A stretch of 64,000 nt of DNA. It comes from Amphiscolops sp. MND2022. Lineage: Eukaryota. The notes beneath the pieces are model-generated. The model was not told where the DNA came from. It saw only the letters and a program-made list of their open reading frames with translations, and made no database searches. Both the position numbers and the translations under genes were made by a program. Positions 46,690 to 60,099 of the stretch are shown here, piece by piece. Every line of letters starts with the position of its first letter. Within the stretch, counting starts at the first letter, position 1. The stretch lies in assembly GCA_964187785.1 (NCBI GenBank), contig OZ076410.1, forward strand, positions 54,684,001-54,748,000, read 5' to 3'.

Positions 46690-47920
46690 GAACGAGTAAG
46701 GAGCTACCCTTAAAGGAGGCCCCGGTTGTCTTCGGAAACCTACTCCAGGCCAGGACTCAGGCCTTACTCTCAAGCCAGCACGCCTGCTGATTGTAACGAA
46801 CAACATCACGGCGCTGCAGAGGTCAGTTCAGGAGGGATTGCAAGTCAGTGATCAATTGTGAACTGCTCAGGAACTACAAATTGTTCGAGTGGAAGCGATG
46901 GGTCATCGCCTGGGTGAAATGAACGATTTGCTGCTTCAGCGCGAATTACGTGTTGAGACCCAGATCTACAACTTGAGCAATCAAATTAACTCCGTGCTCA
47001 ATGCTAGTGACGCTCTGCGCAGAGAAAAGTTGCTCCCAAGATCTGGGGAGGGGGTAACGGCTGGGAGTTCTTCCGCCAGTACTTCGGTGAAACCAAATCT
47101 GGAGAAACCCAATCCGGCTGGCATGATGAAACCTATCTTGGCTGGGAATATGAAGCCCAGCACTTCTAGACCCGCTACCCAGGTCAGGATCAAGGAGCCA
47201 GTGCTCGCCATGCCTGATACTGAGCACAAGCCTGCACGAGTGCAAATGAACGAACCTCATGACTCTAGTTCAGCCGTGCAATCCACTGTGATTTTGACTA
47301 GTACTCGGGACCAAGGCGTGGACCCTGTCACTATCAATCTGGATTCTTCTACTAAAGCTGATTTATCAAGTACCAATGATACTTTGGGATCTCAAACTGA
47401 TGATGCCGCGTATGTGTCGGCGCAGGCTATGCTATCTGGACCGAGTTCCTTATATCTGACTGCAGATAATGGAGTGCCCTCAGGCAAACCCTGTGCGAGC
47501 AGCACTCGCAAGAAGGAGCAGGAGACCATGGACTTGTCTGTTCAGGCCACCCAAAGTAGTGACGACGCAACACGTGATCTGGAACCGAAGGAGGAATTTG
47601 AAGTTATCGCCACTGAGCAATTAAGATTTTACAGCCGCTATCTCAAATGCCATGTCTAAAGAGTTAGCTCTCTTGTTAGTAGGCAGGGATTTGGCGCAAA
47701 CGAGGCCTAGCGTGTATCGAGGCTCGAAGGATGGGTCCATCGATGGGTGGATTCTGGTAATGCGGAGATATCTGAAGCAAACCCAATTAAAAGCTACGTT
47801 GGATGATCAAGCTTGGACCATTATTGGACATCTTGAAGGTGAAGCTCACAACTATATCATCAATAATGCTGAGTCTGAACGCCACACCCCAGAGAAAGTA
47901 TTCGAATTTTTGCGATTAAT
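46690..47920 (+). pseudogene. Ty3/Gypsy gag remnant
   Basis: Coiled-coil and Ser/Pro-rich N-terminus, then RPSVYRGSKDGSIDGWILVMRRYL...WTIIGHLEGEAHNYI...PEKVFEFL (capsid-like), cut off abruptly at ~47920. Confidence 0.75.
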
Positions 47921-49780
47921 GAAGGAACCTAATCGCGACCACATATTCCTCAGGACCAGGAGGTCTCCGTGGGTCTGGATGAAATCCCCAACTAAACTTA
48001 GTTGGGTGCGGGATTGGGACTTCTGGGTGACGAGCGCGGTGGTAGTCCCTATGATGAAATCCTCATAAAAGGGAAGTCGTTTCCGTAATATCCACAAGCT
48101 CTGCGTGGATGAATTTGGGAAGTTCTTTGGCCAACTCGATCTTCGTGGCTAATTTCCCATTGAGCCCGCGGACACGATTCTAAACTCTTCCAATGACTGT
48201 GTCGACAGTTTTTAAATGTTCAACCTTTGATTGTGTCTCAAGTGTCGTTCCGGACGGTGGTGCCGAAGAATCTCCACAGTTCCCTTCGTCTTGATGGAGA
48301 AATTCTTTTTACATATATGACACCATACCATGTGAGGGTTCTGAATGGGGTCTGCTGGTCCAGAGATGAAAGAGTGAGTCCAGCCGATCTTCGCGAATAT
48401 TTCTTACCGCATGGGAACTCCTCTCTTGGATGGTTGCCTGGCCGGTTTGGTCTTCTTATTTCAAGCCGGACCAGGGCCCTTAGTCCCTTTTGCTTCTGCC
48501 TGCAACTCCAAGAGAGTAGTGTCCTGGCTACTACATTCAGTAGTCTCTCCCCCTTCAGTCAACTGTTCAGTGGGAACAGCGGAAGCTCTTGCGGGTTCTT
48601 GGGCCGTCCCTGCGGATCTTTTGAAAGACTCAGAAATTAGAGCCTTTTCAGTCGCACTGTCGCTCTCAGCATAGAATTAGGACTCGTCCATGTCTCTTGC
48701 TCCTTCAGTCCCAGTTTTAGGGTGTGCATCACTGTCTGAGTCTGAAGAACTCCAGCCTCTGCTACTGATAGGTCCAGGGGTCTATGCTCGTTCTCGGGAT
48801 CAAAAGTGGGCAGTTCTTGACGGAGCTGTTGTAGGGGTTCCTCTGACAGCATCAATGACCATCCTCTCCATAAACATGTACGACATCTTGATCGTCTCGT
48901 CTGTTAAGACTCTCAGGAAGTTAAGCACTTGGGACTGGGCGAAGGCAATGACTGGGTGCCCTTCTGTAAGCCTAAATGCATATGTCTCTTCAAAGTATCT
49001 TTTGAGAAGCGCCCTGCTACGGCCGGAAAGTTGTGGGAGGCTGTCCAGGTCTATCGTGGCAGTAGGGTCAGTTGTCCTCTATGCGTCACGTTGTGGAGCT
49101 CCAAGTCCTGATTCATTTCCTCCTTCGGTCCCTGACTCTGAGTCGACAGGATTTCGGCCATAAAGCTAGAAACTGTCTATTTGAAAGTCTTCTTCAGAAC
49201 TTTCGGCCTCACCTTGAATACCGAAAAAAGAACTCTTGGTTGCCCACCTGGCAGCGATGGGACGTCACACACGGAGGAGACGTTAGCATCCTCGGTTGGC
49301 GCGGGAACAGAAACTGTGCCTTCTGGATTGGAGGCAGTTGTTGTCAAGAGCTCGGGAAGTTGCGAATCAGGGTCAATAGCCACTTTATTGGCACTCATGT
49401 CAGCTTCTGTGTCATCTTCACAACCGGGTAGGATGGAGTACAAGATCTTCTAATCCCGGAACTGCCAGATTCTTGGGTAGGACTTTGAGGTCCTTGGGCT
49501 CCTTTGGGACTTGCATCGACTGGCTGTTGGACAACTTCTTGAACATCTTCTTGTGTTCGCTCCATTCTCTGTACGACGGCTTCAGCATAAGCAGTCACGT
49601 CAGGCTCACTTTCTTGACTATAAGGAAAGAAAGCAGATAAGAGCTTGCTCTGAGATTGACCATTAGGGGATCTTGACTCAGTAGGGTTGTCAATTGGGGA
49701 CGGTGTTGGTTCAGCAGCATTTTTCGTTGTTTGATTCTCTGAACAGAAAGGAATGAAAATAGGGTTCCTTGAAAGAAATC
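47920..49780 (-). pseudogene. Decayed antisense ORF of unknown function next to the Gypsy gag
   Basis: Minus-strand coding-like stretches (DLDSLPQLSGRSRALLKRYFEETYAFRLTEGHPVIAFAQSQVLNFLR...; LATKIELAKELPKFIHAEL), interrupted by stops and frameshifts. Confidence 0.4.
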
Positions 49781-50029
49781 CAATTTACCGCGTTTGAAAC
49801 CTTCCGGAAGTTCTTGTCGTGCTTAAAATGAAATGTCTTAGCACGTGTTTTACGATGGAAACAGGAAGCAATTGTGAACAAGTTTTAGTCCTGACCAACG
49901 TGAAATTGGTCTAAACGAAACATGAAAATCCAACCAACCTGATTCTGACATCCTGAATCCGCTAGACGAAGCTTGAAGATTAGTCCAATGTGGGAGATCA
50001 AGTTTGGGAAGATGACCGAGTTCGACTGC

Positions 50030-50490
50030 TAAGGGGAAGATGCTCCGGAATACTTCAAGGAAGCAGTCAGCGACGAAGTTGAAGACCGATGTGAACAGAT
50101 GTAGTAAACAAGATTACAAATGTAAAGAATTCGAATAATAATAGAATTGGAAATTAATCAATTTCAAAAGTTGGAGTTCGTGGCTGAAGAAATAACCAGA
50201 CTAATATTTTATGGTTAGTTACATATTTAAAACTGTACATGGAGTCTGCCAGCGAAAGGTGCAAGAGTGTCCTCGTTATTTACAGCTTGGTTAGTTAGTA
50301 ACCGAATATGGCCGTTTACCTTGTTTAGTTCTGCCGTTCTGTTCCGTTACCCCTATTTATCTTAGTTAGAATTTTCGCAATATTTGATTATTTAGAATTA
50401 CTATTTGACGCCATTTTATTATTCGTTTTTCATTTTTATCGAAGGTTAATTCTGATTGGCTGAAGCCATTTTGAAAGAAGTTGTTTGACG
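50030..50490 (+). mobile_element. Possible PPT plus LTR-like segment
   Basis: Purine tract AAGGGGAAGA at ~50031-50040 followed directly by TG; AT-rich with an ATTGG box. No partner LTR was found in the window. Confidence 0.35.
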
Positions 50491-50818
50491 CGTGCCGTTA
50501 ATTACACTCGAGCTCACTGGTAATTACCTACTTAACTCAAGTTATTTGTTGATGAAAACTCAGAGACTCTTAACACTTCTTCTGATGATGGTAGCGAGAG
50601 GGGCCAAACACGGCGAATTCAAAGGGTGCCGACTCTCAGAAAAAGTTCTTTCAGAAAAGTTTACGAAGGATCAGCACGACTAACCGAAGGTTCTACCGCC
50701 AAATTGAAACTCCGGGAAAAATCCTAACTCGGCCCGAAACAGAATTCTTGGAAGTTTATTCTGCTTTGAATCTCGCTAATAATCTCGCTAAAGTTTCAAA
50801 ATCGCTAAGATAATATTA

Positions 50819-51510
50819 ATGCAAAAATTCAATCTTGCTAGAAACCTCTTCGACATTGATGGGGCAGATTCGGAAGACTCAGATAGTTCGGTTATCTACA
50901 TCTCGAATGGCGAGGACGAATCATCGGACGGATGGGAATCCGACTGCTCGACAGATACAGAGCAACTAGTAGCCCGCATAGAAAGAGAGGTCATCGCCAG
51001 CCCAATGTTGATCGGTGGGCGAATAATGACTGTGGAAGACGAGCACGAGGAGATGGTTCCTGGCCCTAGTTTGAGTGGAAAACTAGATGTTGTTACTCCT
51101 AAACTGGACCACAAATATTTCAATCGGGAAATGTGCTATGCCCCACCTAAAGCAATTGCGAAATCAAGAATTGAGCTTTGCAATACTCTATTGCCTGTTC
51201 TAGAATAACCACTGTCTCCACCAGAACACGAGAGAGGCCCTTCCTTGGATACCCCGCTGGTGCAACCAGCTGTGTCAGGTTTTCACGCGTCCTATCATGT
51301 GCAAAATATGAGCCCCTACCAAAATGTCAGCGAGGTGCGGTACTCTGGGTGTATGGTTTGCGGCCGTTCGACGGACGCAATCAAAAAGGAGAAGACAGAC
51401 TGGTATATTGGCCGGTCTACCCCAAGAGATGAACCAGGCCTGTGACGGTACAGCTAAAACAACTACAGCAAGAGACCAGGAGATTATCCCAGGTACTTTG
51501 CCGACATTTT
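50819..51510 (+). pseudogene. Acidic N-terminus ORF of unknown function, frameshifted at ~51200, probably a retroelement accessory gene
   Basis: MQKFNLARNLFDIDGADSEDSDSS...; coding-like sequence continues in another frame (...YGLRPFDGRNQKGEDRLVYWPVYP); AATAAA-like signal at ~51514. Confidence 0.35.
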
Positions 51511-52618
51511 AAAATAAAACTAGCAAGCTTTTAAAAAACTCATATGCATTTTCTTTTTGTTCATCTTTTTATAGTTTTGTACCTTAATTGAATTTGTATT
51601 AGTGTGTTGATAGTACGATTTGGCAAATCCAAATCAAATTTCAAAGTTAAATGGACAGCCGCGGTAGAAGTGAATCAAAATAATATGAGTTGAGTACAAC
51701 TATACGACAGTAAAGGAAACGTATTCAAGTGACGCTAAGTGCTACTCCGAATGCGTCACTTGAGCACGGAACATCATCCAATCAAGTTGCTTCATTTGCG
51801 GTAATAATAATGCTTTCATCTAGTAATGGCCGAATAAGGCCTGTTGACTTAAAATGGTTGTTTTTAATCAGTACTCTAGTCAAACAGCTGGTTTCAGCTA
51901 CTCTGAGTAAAGTGATGCTGTGATACCAATTATGTTTATAATTAACCAGTTTTATTGTGTTTGCGCTTCTTGTACCAAACAACCGTTTTGTGCAGTATTA
52001 TCCACACTCTAGATGTAGAATTAATTGACGGCTAAGACCATTTGCCTATTTTTTTTACCGATGCTCATTCAATATCAAGGGATTAGGCCTATTCCGGGCA
52101 TATTGTGGGAAGTGCTTTTGCTCTGATCTCAATATAGTAGTAAACTGAGAAGCTGGATTGTGCCGAAATGTTACATTAGCTTGCGCATGTACTATTGTAT
52201 TTTCACTCCTAGTTAAATTCATCAGTGTTCGCGTGGTGGCACGCGTCAACTCCACATCCCGATTATATAACTCTGCATTCCGTTGATAGCTAGTGATATT
52301 TGTTGACACTCTAGTGTTAATGTTTTCATTGATATTTTGTCTGAAGTTGCGGTTTAAAATAATTACACCTTGAAATGTTGCCTGTAAACTTCCCGAAATA
52401 AGTAGAATATCGGGAAAATTTTTTAAGGTCATGTATCTTGTGATATTGTTTGAATGAGAAGAATGTGAAAGTCATGCCTTAGTGGGTATAAATACTCATC
52501 TCCCAGTTGGGTGAGACACAACATTGTAAACTCCAATTGAAAAACGGATTCATCCAAACTCACCAAATTTAGTTTTCCGATCTGAAGAATTTCAAATATT
52601 ATTACTCGGACTTTCTCA

Positions 52619-53150
52619 ATGCCTACTACCAGAAAGCAAAAGAAAGCTAGGAAGTCAACAGGACTAGAGATGCTCTCTGATATTGAGAATCTAGACATAA
52701 TGTTTGGTGAAAACCACTTTGATACAGTGGAAAGAGAGGAAAGTTTAAATCGCAATATTGCTAGAAGGCCTGAAAGTGCCAAAAGCAATAACTTTGAAAA
52801 CGATGATGAAAATACGTATCTGAACTCAGGAGTTATCAACCCAGGTATTAACGCCGATTACGGCCGAAACTCAGCAAGTGCCAACTCTAGTGCTGAGATT
52901 AATAGATTTTCAAGTGAATTGAAGCCCAGGATATCTAGGGAAATGGATATGATGAACAGTGTTAGTGTCCAAATCTAAAGGGCCATTAACGATGCTATTA
53001 GCAACTAGGTTTTACCCCAGATTCAAAATGTCATCATGGCTGGTTCAGGACATATGACCAAGAAAGGATGGAACGTTCCGGCCGAGGGATCGGAAACTAA
53101 TACCGAAGTTCTGCGAAACGAAAAGGCCAGAAAAAAAATCGGAAAGTGAG
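52619..53150 (+). pseudogene. Gag/ORF1-like N-terminal fragment of a retroelement
   Basis: MPTTRKQKKARKSTGLEMLSDIENLDIM...SREMDMMNSVSVQI*RAINDAISN*VLPQIQN: the frame continues through stops and has helical character. Confidence 0.4.
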
Positions 53151-53214
53151 CTTGTCCAAAACCGTCTTAGTGACGGGACCATAGATAATGCTTACGACAG
53201 GGGAAAAATCGATT

Positions 53215-53600
53215 ACGTTATACGGGAAATAAAAACGTTACATCCGAACTTTGAAAACGTTTCATTCGAAATTAAGTACGTGTTAGATGTTATATGAGAA
53301 ACGATTTAACTGGCACTTTTTACAGCTTCGAAAAATGCTCCAACAAACGTTAAATCCGGTATACGTTATATCCGGACTTCATAATAACCGGTTTGTTTAA
53401 TCGGATAAGGGTTGTGTTGTTATAACCGGTATACGTTTCATCGGGTATTCGTTTTATCCCGTTTACGTTAAAGCCGATTTCTTTAAAACAAATTCCAAAG
53501 GGGGGGGGCACTTTTAAAAAAGTGAATAACGAGGAAAGGAATCGTTATAGCCGAACTTTGAAAACGTTACATCCGAACTTTGAAAACGTACTATCCGGAT
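53215..53600. repeat. CGTTA(T/C)ATCCGAACTTTGAAAA tandem/dispersed units
   Basis: Reverse complement of the units at 31480-31570; copies at ~53255, 53365, 53545 and 53567. Confidence 0.75.
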
Positions 53601-54465
53601 GTATGTACGTGTTAGCTGTTACGTATGTTATAGAAAGGTTGCCTGCAACAAAATGAACAAATTTTGTTTATAGAAATTGATAGAATCTGTCATTTCGTCG
53701 GTCTTGAAAAGCCACCATTATTGTTTTTCTTTCTGCGAAAGCGTCGACCAAAAATTTACGCACTTTCAATATTTTATAGATTTCTCAAATGTGCAGTTAT
53801 AACAGGCCGGAACGGCGAAAGTCGGCGCCCGGCTCAAATTTCTAAAACGCAAAGTGTTTGAACATGCAAATGCACAGCACTGTGAAAGTTTTAATCGAAT
53901 TTAGAGCACTGAAAAATACCCTAAAGACTCAAAAACAGCCTATTCCCAACTGGCAACATCAAAAAGAAAATGTTCATTTTTTCCCGCAAGAATTTCCCTC
54001 TTCGGAAAAAAGCGTGCTTAAACCCTTTTTTCCCCACCCGAAATCAATCTTTGCTTTCAAGGGGGTACCCCTTGAACAAATGATTTCTTCTCCAGAAAAG
54101 TCAAAACATCAAAAAACCCATTTTCAAAAACATTTCCTTATTATTTTCTTTCCGGGAATAGTCTCATAGTGACGAATTGCACAAAAGAGACACTCCATTT
54201 TTGCAAAACGCTTCTTGCTGAGCCATGAAATTTGGACATAGCGCAAATTTTTTCCACCTCCTTCAATGAAATGCAAATTACTCTGGACATAACTAACTTC
54301 ATCGATTCGATTAAAGCGTGCTGACTTCATGAAAGGGTCGATCAAGTATGAATAAAATTGGAGCTGCATCTCTTCTGCACTAGCATCATCAGTTCTACCC
54401 AAAACAATTCGGACACATTTTTTTTACAAATCAGTGTTTTTACCTCCACGCATTCGAAATGCATC

Positions 54466-55083
54466 ACCTCGCCAGTTCAGTTGTCCAAATTTTTAGTCAT
54501 TCCAAAAATTCCAGGCAAGTTGGATTCAAAATTTCTTTCACCCTTATATGTCACATAAAAAACGAAATGTAAGTTAAAAACAACAGTGAAAAAAGTAGAG
54601 TGAAGCATGTAACAAGTCTCAGCAGTCTCAATTGAAGTAGTTGCTAGCTAGCATCATGTTTAACGTGCTATTTGAGAAACTGTGATCACATGAGATGGGA
54701 CGTTACGAAACTAACGTTACGAGCTATAGCTCTGAGTGTTAAGTCGAATAGAAAAACACTGCAGTTTACACTATTACAATTGAAACTGAACAAACTTCCA
54801 ATTCGTTGCCGATTCCTTCGCGTTATATTCACACTTAGTTTTGTAACGTCCCATCTCATGCGATCACAGTTTCTCAAATAGCCGTTAAACATGATGCTAG
54901 CTAGCAACTACTTCAATTGAGACTGCTGAGACTTGTTACATGCTTCACTCTACTTTTTTCACTGTTGTTTTTAACTTACATTTCGTTTTTTATGTGACAT
55001 ATAAGGGTGAAAGAAATTTTGAATCCAACTTACCTTGAATTTTTGGGAAGGACTAAAAATTTGGACATCTGAAGTGGCGAGGT
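54466..55083. repeat. Fold-back element, ~250-bp arms, 120-bp spacer
   Basis: 54466-54714 is the reverse complement of 54835-55083, with the inner ~200 bp nearly identical. Confidence 0.95.
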
Positions 55084-57221
55084 TATAACTGAGGTTCTAC
55101 AAAAGGTAACATTGTATGCATGTCTGTAACACATAAGAATTTCCTTCTCATTTCAAAACTACAGCTTCACTTCGTCCAACGGTATTTCAGGGTTATTATA
55201 TCAAACGAAACATTTTCTGGAAACTTTTCACAGCCCTGAGGTTTTTGAAAATAAATGCGGAAAATATTCGATTATCTCCGAGCTGAAAAATGTCCCTATT
55301 TTTGTCTCCATTAACTTATCTTGTTTCCGCTGTATATTTTCATAAACTTTATGGAGGTTTGTTTTTCAAAGAACGATGGTTTCTTTGAGATTACACCTAA
55401 GTATGGAAAAATCCTAATGAATTTGGGGTCACTTTGAAATCGAATTTCCAACTTACAATCTCAGCTCATCTGAAATTTATTCCATTTTTCCAAGTATTGC
55501 TCTACTTGAGATAAATCTGCGAAAAAGTTTTTGTTTTTGCTTTAAATTCAGTACGGTCAGTCTAGACAACTAACCAATAAAGTTTCAAATTGAACAAATA
55601 GTTCAAAATAACCATCATTGATGACCATCCTGGCTTAGGATGATTAAAAACGTCCTTTTTTGAAACAACGGTTTCACTTCGTTTGATTATGACGTAGTTG
55701 ATTCATCCCTAAACTTCTCTTATTTTTGTGCAAATGTAATGTTTCAGAAATTATATGCAAGCTTTTTAAACGAGTCAATTCTTTCAAAGAGTACCATTTA
55801 CCCAAGAGTACACAAAATTATGGAAAAACTCCTCGGGTCACAAAGTGTTCAAAAATGTTGCCTTAAAATTACAATCTGAACTCGTTTAAAATTATTCGCA
55901 AATTTTGAGCTGGAGTGGGATCAAATTTCGCTCTACTTGAAAAAATCTGGCGAAAGGACCATCTTTTTGCATTTAATTTCAAGTTTTTTTGATACTCTAT
56001 TGTTTTTCACAAAAACCATTTGCGAGATCTTGGATGTCTTGATATAAAATGTTTTCGAAAATGGATTTCGAAAAAGTAAAATCATTGAGTAAAAAATAGA
56101 AAGTGATCCCATATTTCTCTAGTCATCAAACACTTGATTTACAACATTTACTCAATATATAAATATAAATATTAAGCAATGTTATCTACACAGTTACCAG
56201 CGTATAATAAATCATTTGATGTAGCGTGTGAAAAGTAATCACAACAAGAACAAGATTACGTTACAGTAAAATTGTAGTTGCGGGAACATTCTAACTTTTT
56301 TCCATTTTTTCGCGAGCGCCATCTTTCTCACTTAAGTAGGAAGTGATACTCAAATCAAAACACTCACGTGGGAAAAAGGTCTTCAATTCAAGTGGAATTG
56401 CGCCGACTTTGTCAAATTGTTTTTCAAGATGGCAAAGTCTAGAATTTGGCGAGAAAAAATAGAAAACAAAGCTTTGATAAGCGCAACAATATTTTGTAAA
56501 ATTGTGCAAGCTTGAAATTGAAATGGCTAAAACGATCTTGAAAGCACTTGCGAAAGGAAAATTCTCACGGAAGTTTTTTATATACGTGGTGGTTACACAA
56601 CAAAATCTGAGAATAAACAGGGACCAAACTTGAAGACTTGAAAGGACCAAACTCGGAAGTGTCCATATGGTTCCATGCATGGAATCGCAACAAAAAATTG
56701 CAAAATTTGAAATGATTTGAAAGTTGAACAATTCAATTTGATCATGTTTTATCTCAAACCAGGTGGGCGATATGGGAGTACAAAAGGATCATCTACTGGT
56801 ATAATATCTAATTTGGCCTGATTGCTAGAGGTTGTTCCAGAGTTTGTTCGTTTATACAGTTTCTCTAGTCCCCAAAAAGTCGGGTGGAACCATATCGCTC
56901 CATTTATGGAACTGAATGTTACGCTGGGTCCAGGTAAAGCATTCCTTAAAAAATCTGCTGAGAAGTTTTATAGAATGTTTCCATGCACCTTAAGCTAAAG
57001 TTTGAAGAGTCATGGTTTTCGACCTTTGCGAACCAGTTTTCAATCTTTGCAAATGAAGGATTATTGCAGTGGAAGAAGAAAATTCCCTAATCAAAAACAC
57101 ATCAGAGATGCCAAACAAACAGTAAACAGAATTAGAACAGGTGAAAAACATCATTAACATCAAATTCTATTTTTTCGCAGCAATCTCTCCAGATCTGTGG
57201 CGACCTTCACACAACTAAATC

Positions 57222-60099
57222 GATCAAAAATCCTGGATGTGCAGATCTTTGCAGGGCCAAACGTGACAAATATTTTACTTTATCCTATTACGTATTCCGA
57301 GTTACCAGCAATTACTAAAATCATTTCATTCCCGATAGTTTACGACAACTGAATTGTTGTAGCTTTGTTCGCTGTTCTGGGAGTCTACTGAACTCCTCCT
57401 TTTGTCACTGGTAAAGCTACGTTGATTGGAATCCGTTTTGGATTGATTAGACTAAAATATACGACATGTCTGAACTCCGTGGTTCATGTGTAGCCCCGTG
57501 ATCCGAAGGTCTATTTAAGCATTTAACATGTTTTCAAGCTCGTCTGGATCACTTTGAAATTTAGATGAGGAAAGATTTTTATAGATAAGGAATGACTTTC
57601 TCAGCTATGGCGGAGTCAATTGATTGTAGAAACCACGAAAAGGTCGTATTTTCATCAAATGTTCTGGTCATTTGGCTGACTAAATTTGATTTCAGTAATC
57701 TAGCCGTTTCAGCAGCGTTTCACGTCTACCTTCTATTTGTGTTTAACAATGATCCAAAATCTCTCCAACAGTTTTTGCTTTTTTTTCCATCTAGCCCTCC
57801 GGGCGCTAAGTCTGTTTCTTTCTCCCTTGAGATTGAGTTGATATCATACTCTTTATTGGGAAGTTTCCAATCATCATGTCGTCTAAGTCAGACAACTTGT
57901 CCTCTTGACGAAAGCGCTTTTCTCAAGCTTTCTGCTTTCTAGTTGAAGGCATTACAAAGAATAGATGCGATCTTGAAAGTGGAAACTGAAATGAGTAAAG
58001 AATTAGCCAGCAACGGTCACTTAGAGCCAATTCTGATTTCACAAAGTTCTTATAATCTTGTAGCAACGTTATTGAAAGAATCATCCTCCGTCCTGGTTGA
58101 GAAACTTATAAAAAATAAAAAAATTCTTCATGACTAGCAGAACTTCGGGTGTCATAAAGCTAGAAATACTCATCAAAAAACGATGTCGGGGTGAAATCAC
58201 ACGTAGCTCAAGCTATAAATAGTGTCGCATTATAGGTTCAAAGATAATGGGATGCAAGGGAGGGGGCGAAGGCGGCACGACTTCTAGGTCAAGGGTGTTA
58301 CTTTTCGTCTTTTTTTATATGAATGAAAGTTACATGGTGTATAAAGCGCGTGGCGGTGCATGCTTTCAAAGGCAACGGATCTGTTTTCCGTCTGGCTATA
58401 GTAACAAACTTGGGATGAGACCTAAGGTGCGTTCAGCTAGGGAGGTTTATTCTTCAGAATCAAACAGCTCAAACTCCGTCGATTCTAGGCAGCAAAGTTG
58501 CAGAAATCCAATGCTAAGCAAATTCTTGACAGAAGTGTTCCTTTAATCAAACTCACCATGGACGAGCCATTAAAATCACTAGTGAGCCTCAACTACCAAT
58601 CCTCAGAGGAAGAAATGCAAGTGGATTAGTCCTTGTCAATAGCAGATCAAGGATACCAAACAAAAATATAGTGGCATCGAAGTGCTGGTTTTTTGGACAG
58701 TTCTTCTTTTCTTCCCACAAGTAGTTGCCTACTGACCTGAAACAGTGCTTACATGATCTGTCCCTGCCCAAACACTTCTGTGGTGCATTGGATAGAGAAA
58801 ATGCCGGGCCCGTAGCCAAGTGATCAAAACTGGATCGAAACTGATCAATCCCAAAACCAATGGTCCGGTCATTTCGACGACTGGCTAGAGATATCGCACC
58901 TTACTGTAGTCGCAAATAGTGCTAGCGAAATGTGCGCACAACGTAATCAAATTGCGAATGGTTGCAAAAAAATGATTGGAGACTGCCTTGCGGGAAATTG
59001 TTCGACGACACCCGGGAAGATAATATCCTTGAGTATGTGGAACAAACGCACGTGAGGGAAGAAACTTATAATACCCGATTAGGAAAAAGGAACGCTTTCC
59101 AAGCACACTACCGACGGAAACCGGTATCAGGCATCTGTGGATGGTGACAACACTGCGCTTCCCCCACGCGTTCTTCCATATAGACAGTATGAGTCTTTTT
59201 CTTTTCATTTATATAACCTAGTTCTGCGCATCTAGATTATTAGTTTTATTAAGCAGTTCGTTGATAATGTTGCCCAATACAGGCAAATTAAAAATCTTAT
59301 AGGAAACGCGTTCAATTAGGCCGGTACTCTAGCCTATTTGACGCGTAATACGTTCAGAGTAATAACCAATCAGATGCATTTGTTACTAGACGACGGAAAA
59401 CAGATTCGTTGCTTTCAAAGCATGCTCCACCAAGCGATTTTTACACCATGTAACTTTCATTAAAAGAAACATACAGTAACATCCTTGACTTCGCGCCCCC
59501 TTCCATCATATTCTCTTTGAATCTATGATGCCATATCATTTATAGCTCTAGCTACGTGTGATGGCAGCCTGACATCATTTTTGTTGAGTATTTCTAGCTA
59601 ACTGACGCCCGAAATTCTGCTAGTCCTGAACTCTAATTTAGGTAGCCAAAGGACCAGAAAACTAGATGAAAATTTGGTCTCTTTTCGTGTGTTCTACAAA
59701 CCCTTGACTCCGCTATAGCTGAGAAAGTCACTCCCTATCTAAAAGTCTTTCCTCATCTAATTTCTAAAGTGATTCAGGCGAGCTTGATAACATGTTAAAT
59801 GCTTGAATAGACCTTCGGATCACGGGGCTACACATGAACCACGGAGTTGGGACATGTCGTATATTATAGTCTAATCAATTCAAAACGGATTCCAATCAAC
59901 GTAGCTTTACCAGTGACAAAAGGAGGAGTTCAGTAGACTCCCACAACAGCGAACAAAGCTACAACAATTCAATTGTCGAAAACTATCGGGAATGAAATGG
60001 TTTTAGTAATTGCTGGAAACTCGGAATACGTAATAGGGTAAAGTAAAATTTTTGTCACGTTTGGTCATGCAAAAATCTGTACATCCAGGATTTTTCATC
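57222..60099. mobile_element. Large fold-back element: ~720-bp inverted arms around a ~970-bp core; left arm interrupted by a ~430-bp insertion
   Basis: 57222-~57705 plus ~58135-58408 match the reverse complement of 59379-60099 (e.g. GTCACTGGTAAAGCTACGTTGATTGGAATCCG / CGGATTCCAATCAACGTAGCTTTACCAGTGAC). Confidence 0.9.

Noticed and set aside
56850-57050. DIRS-type RT fragment (LVPKKSGG...VMVFDL)
   Set aside because: Only one short motif with stops nearby and no YxDD or flanking domains; too weak to call.
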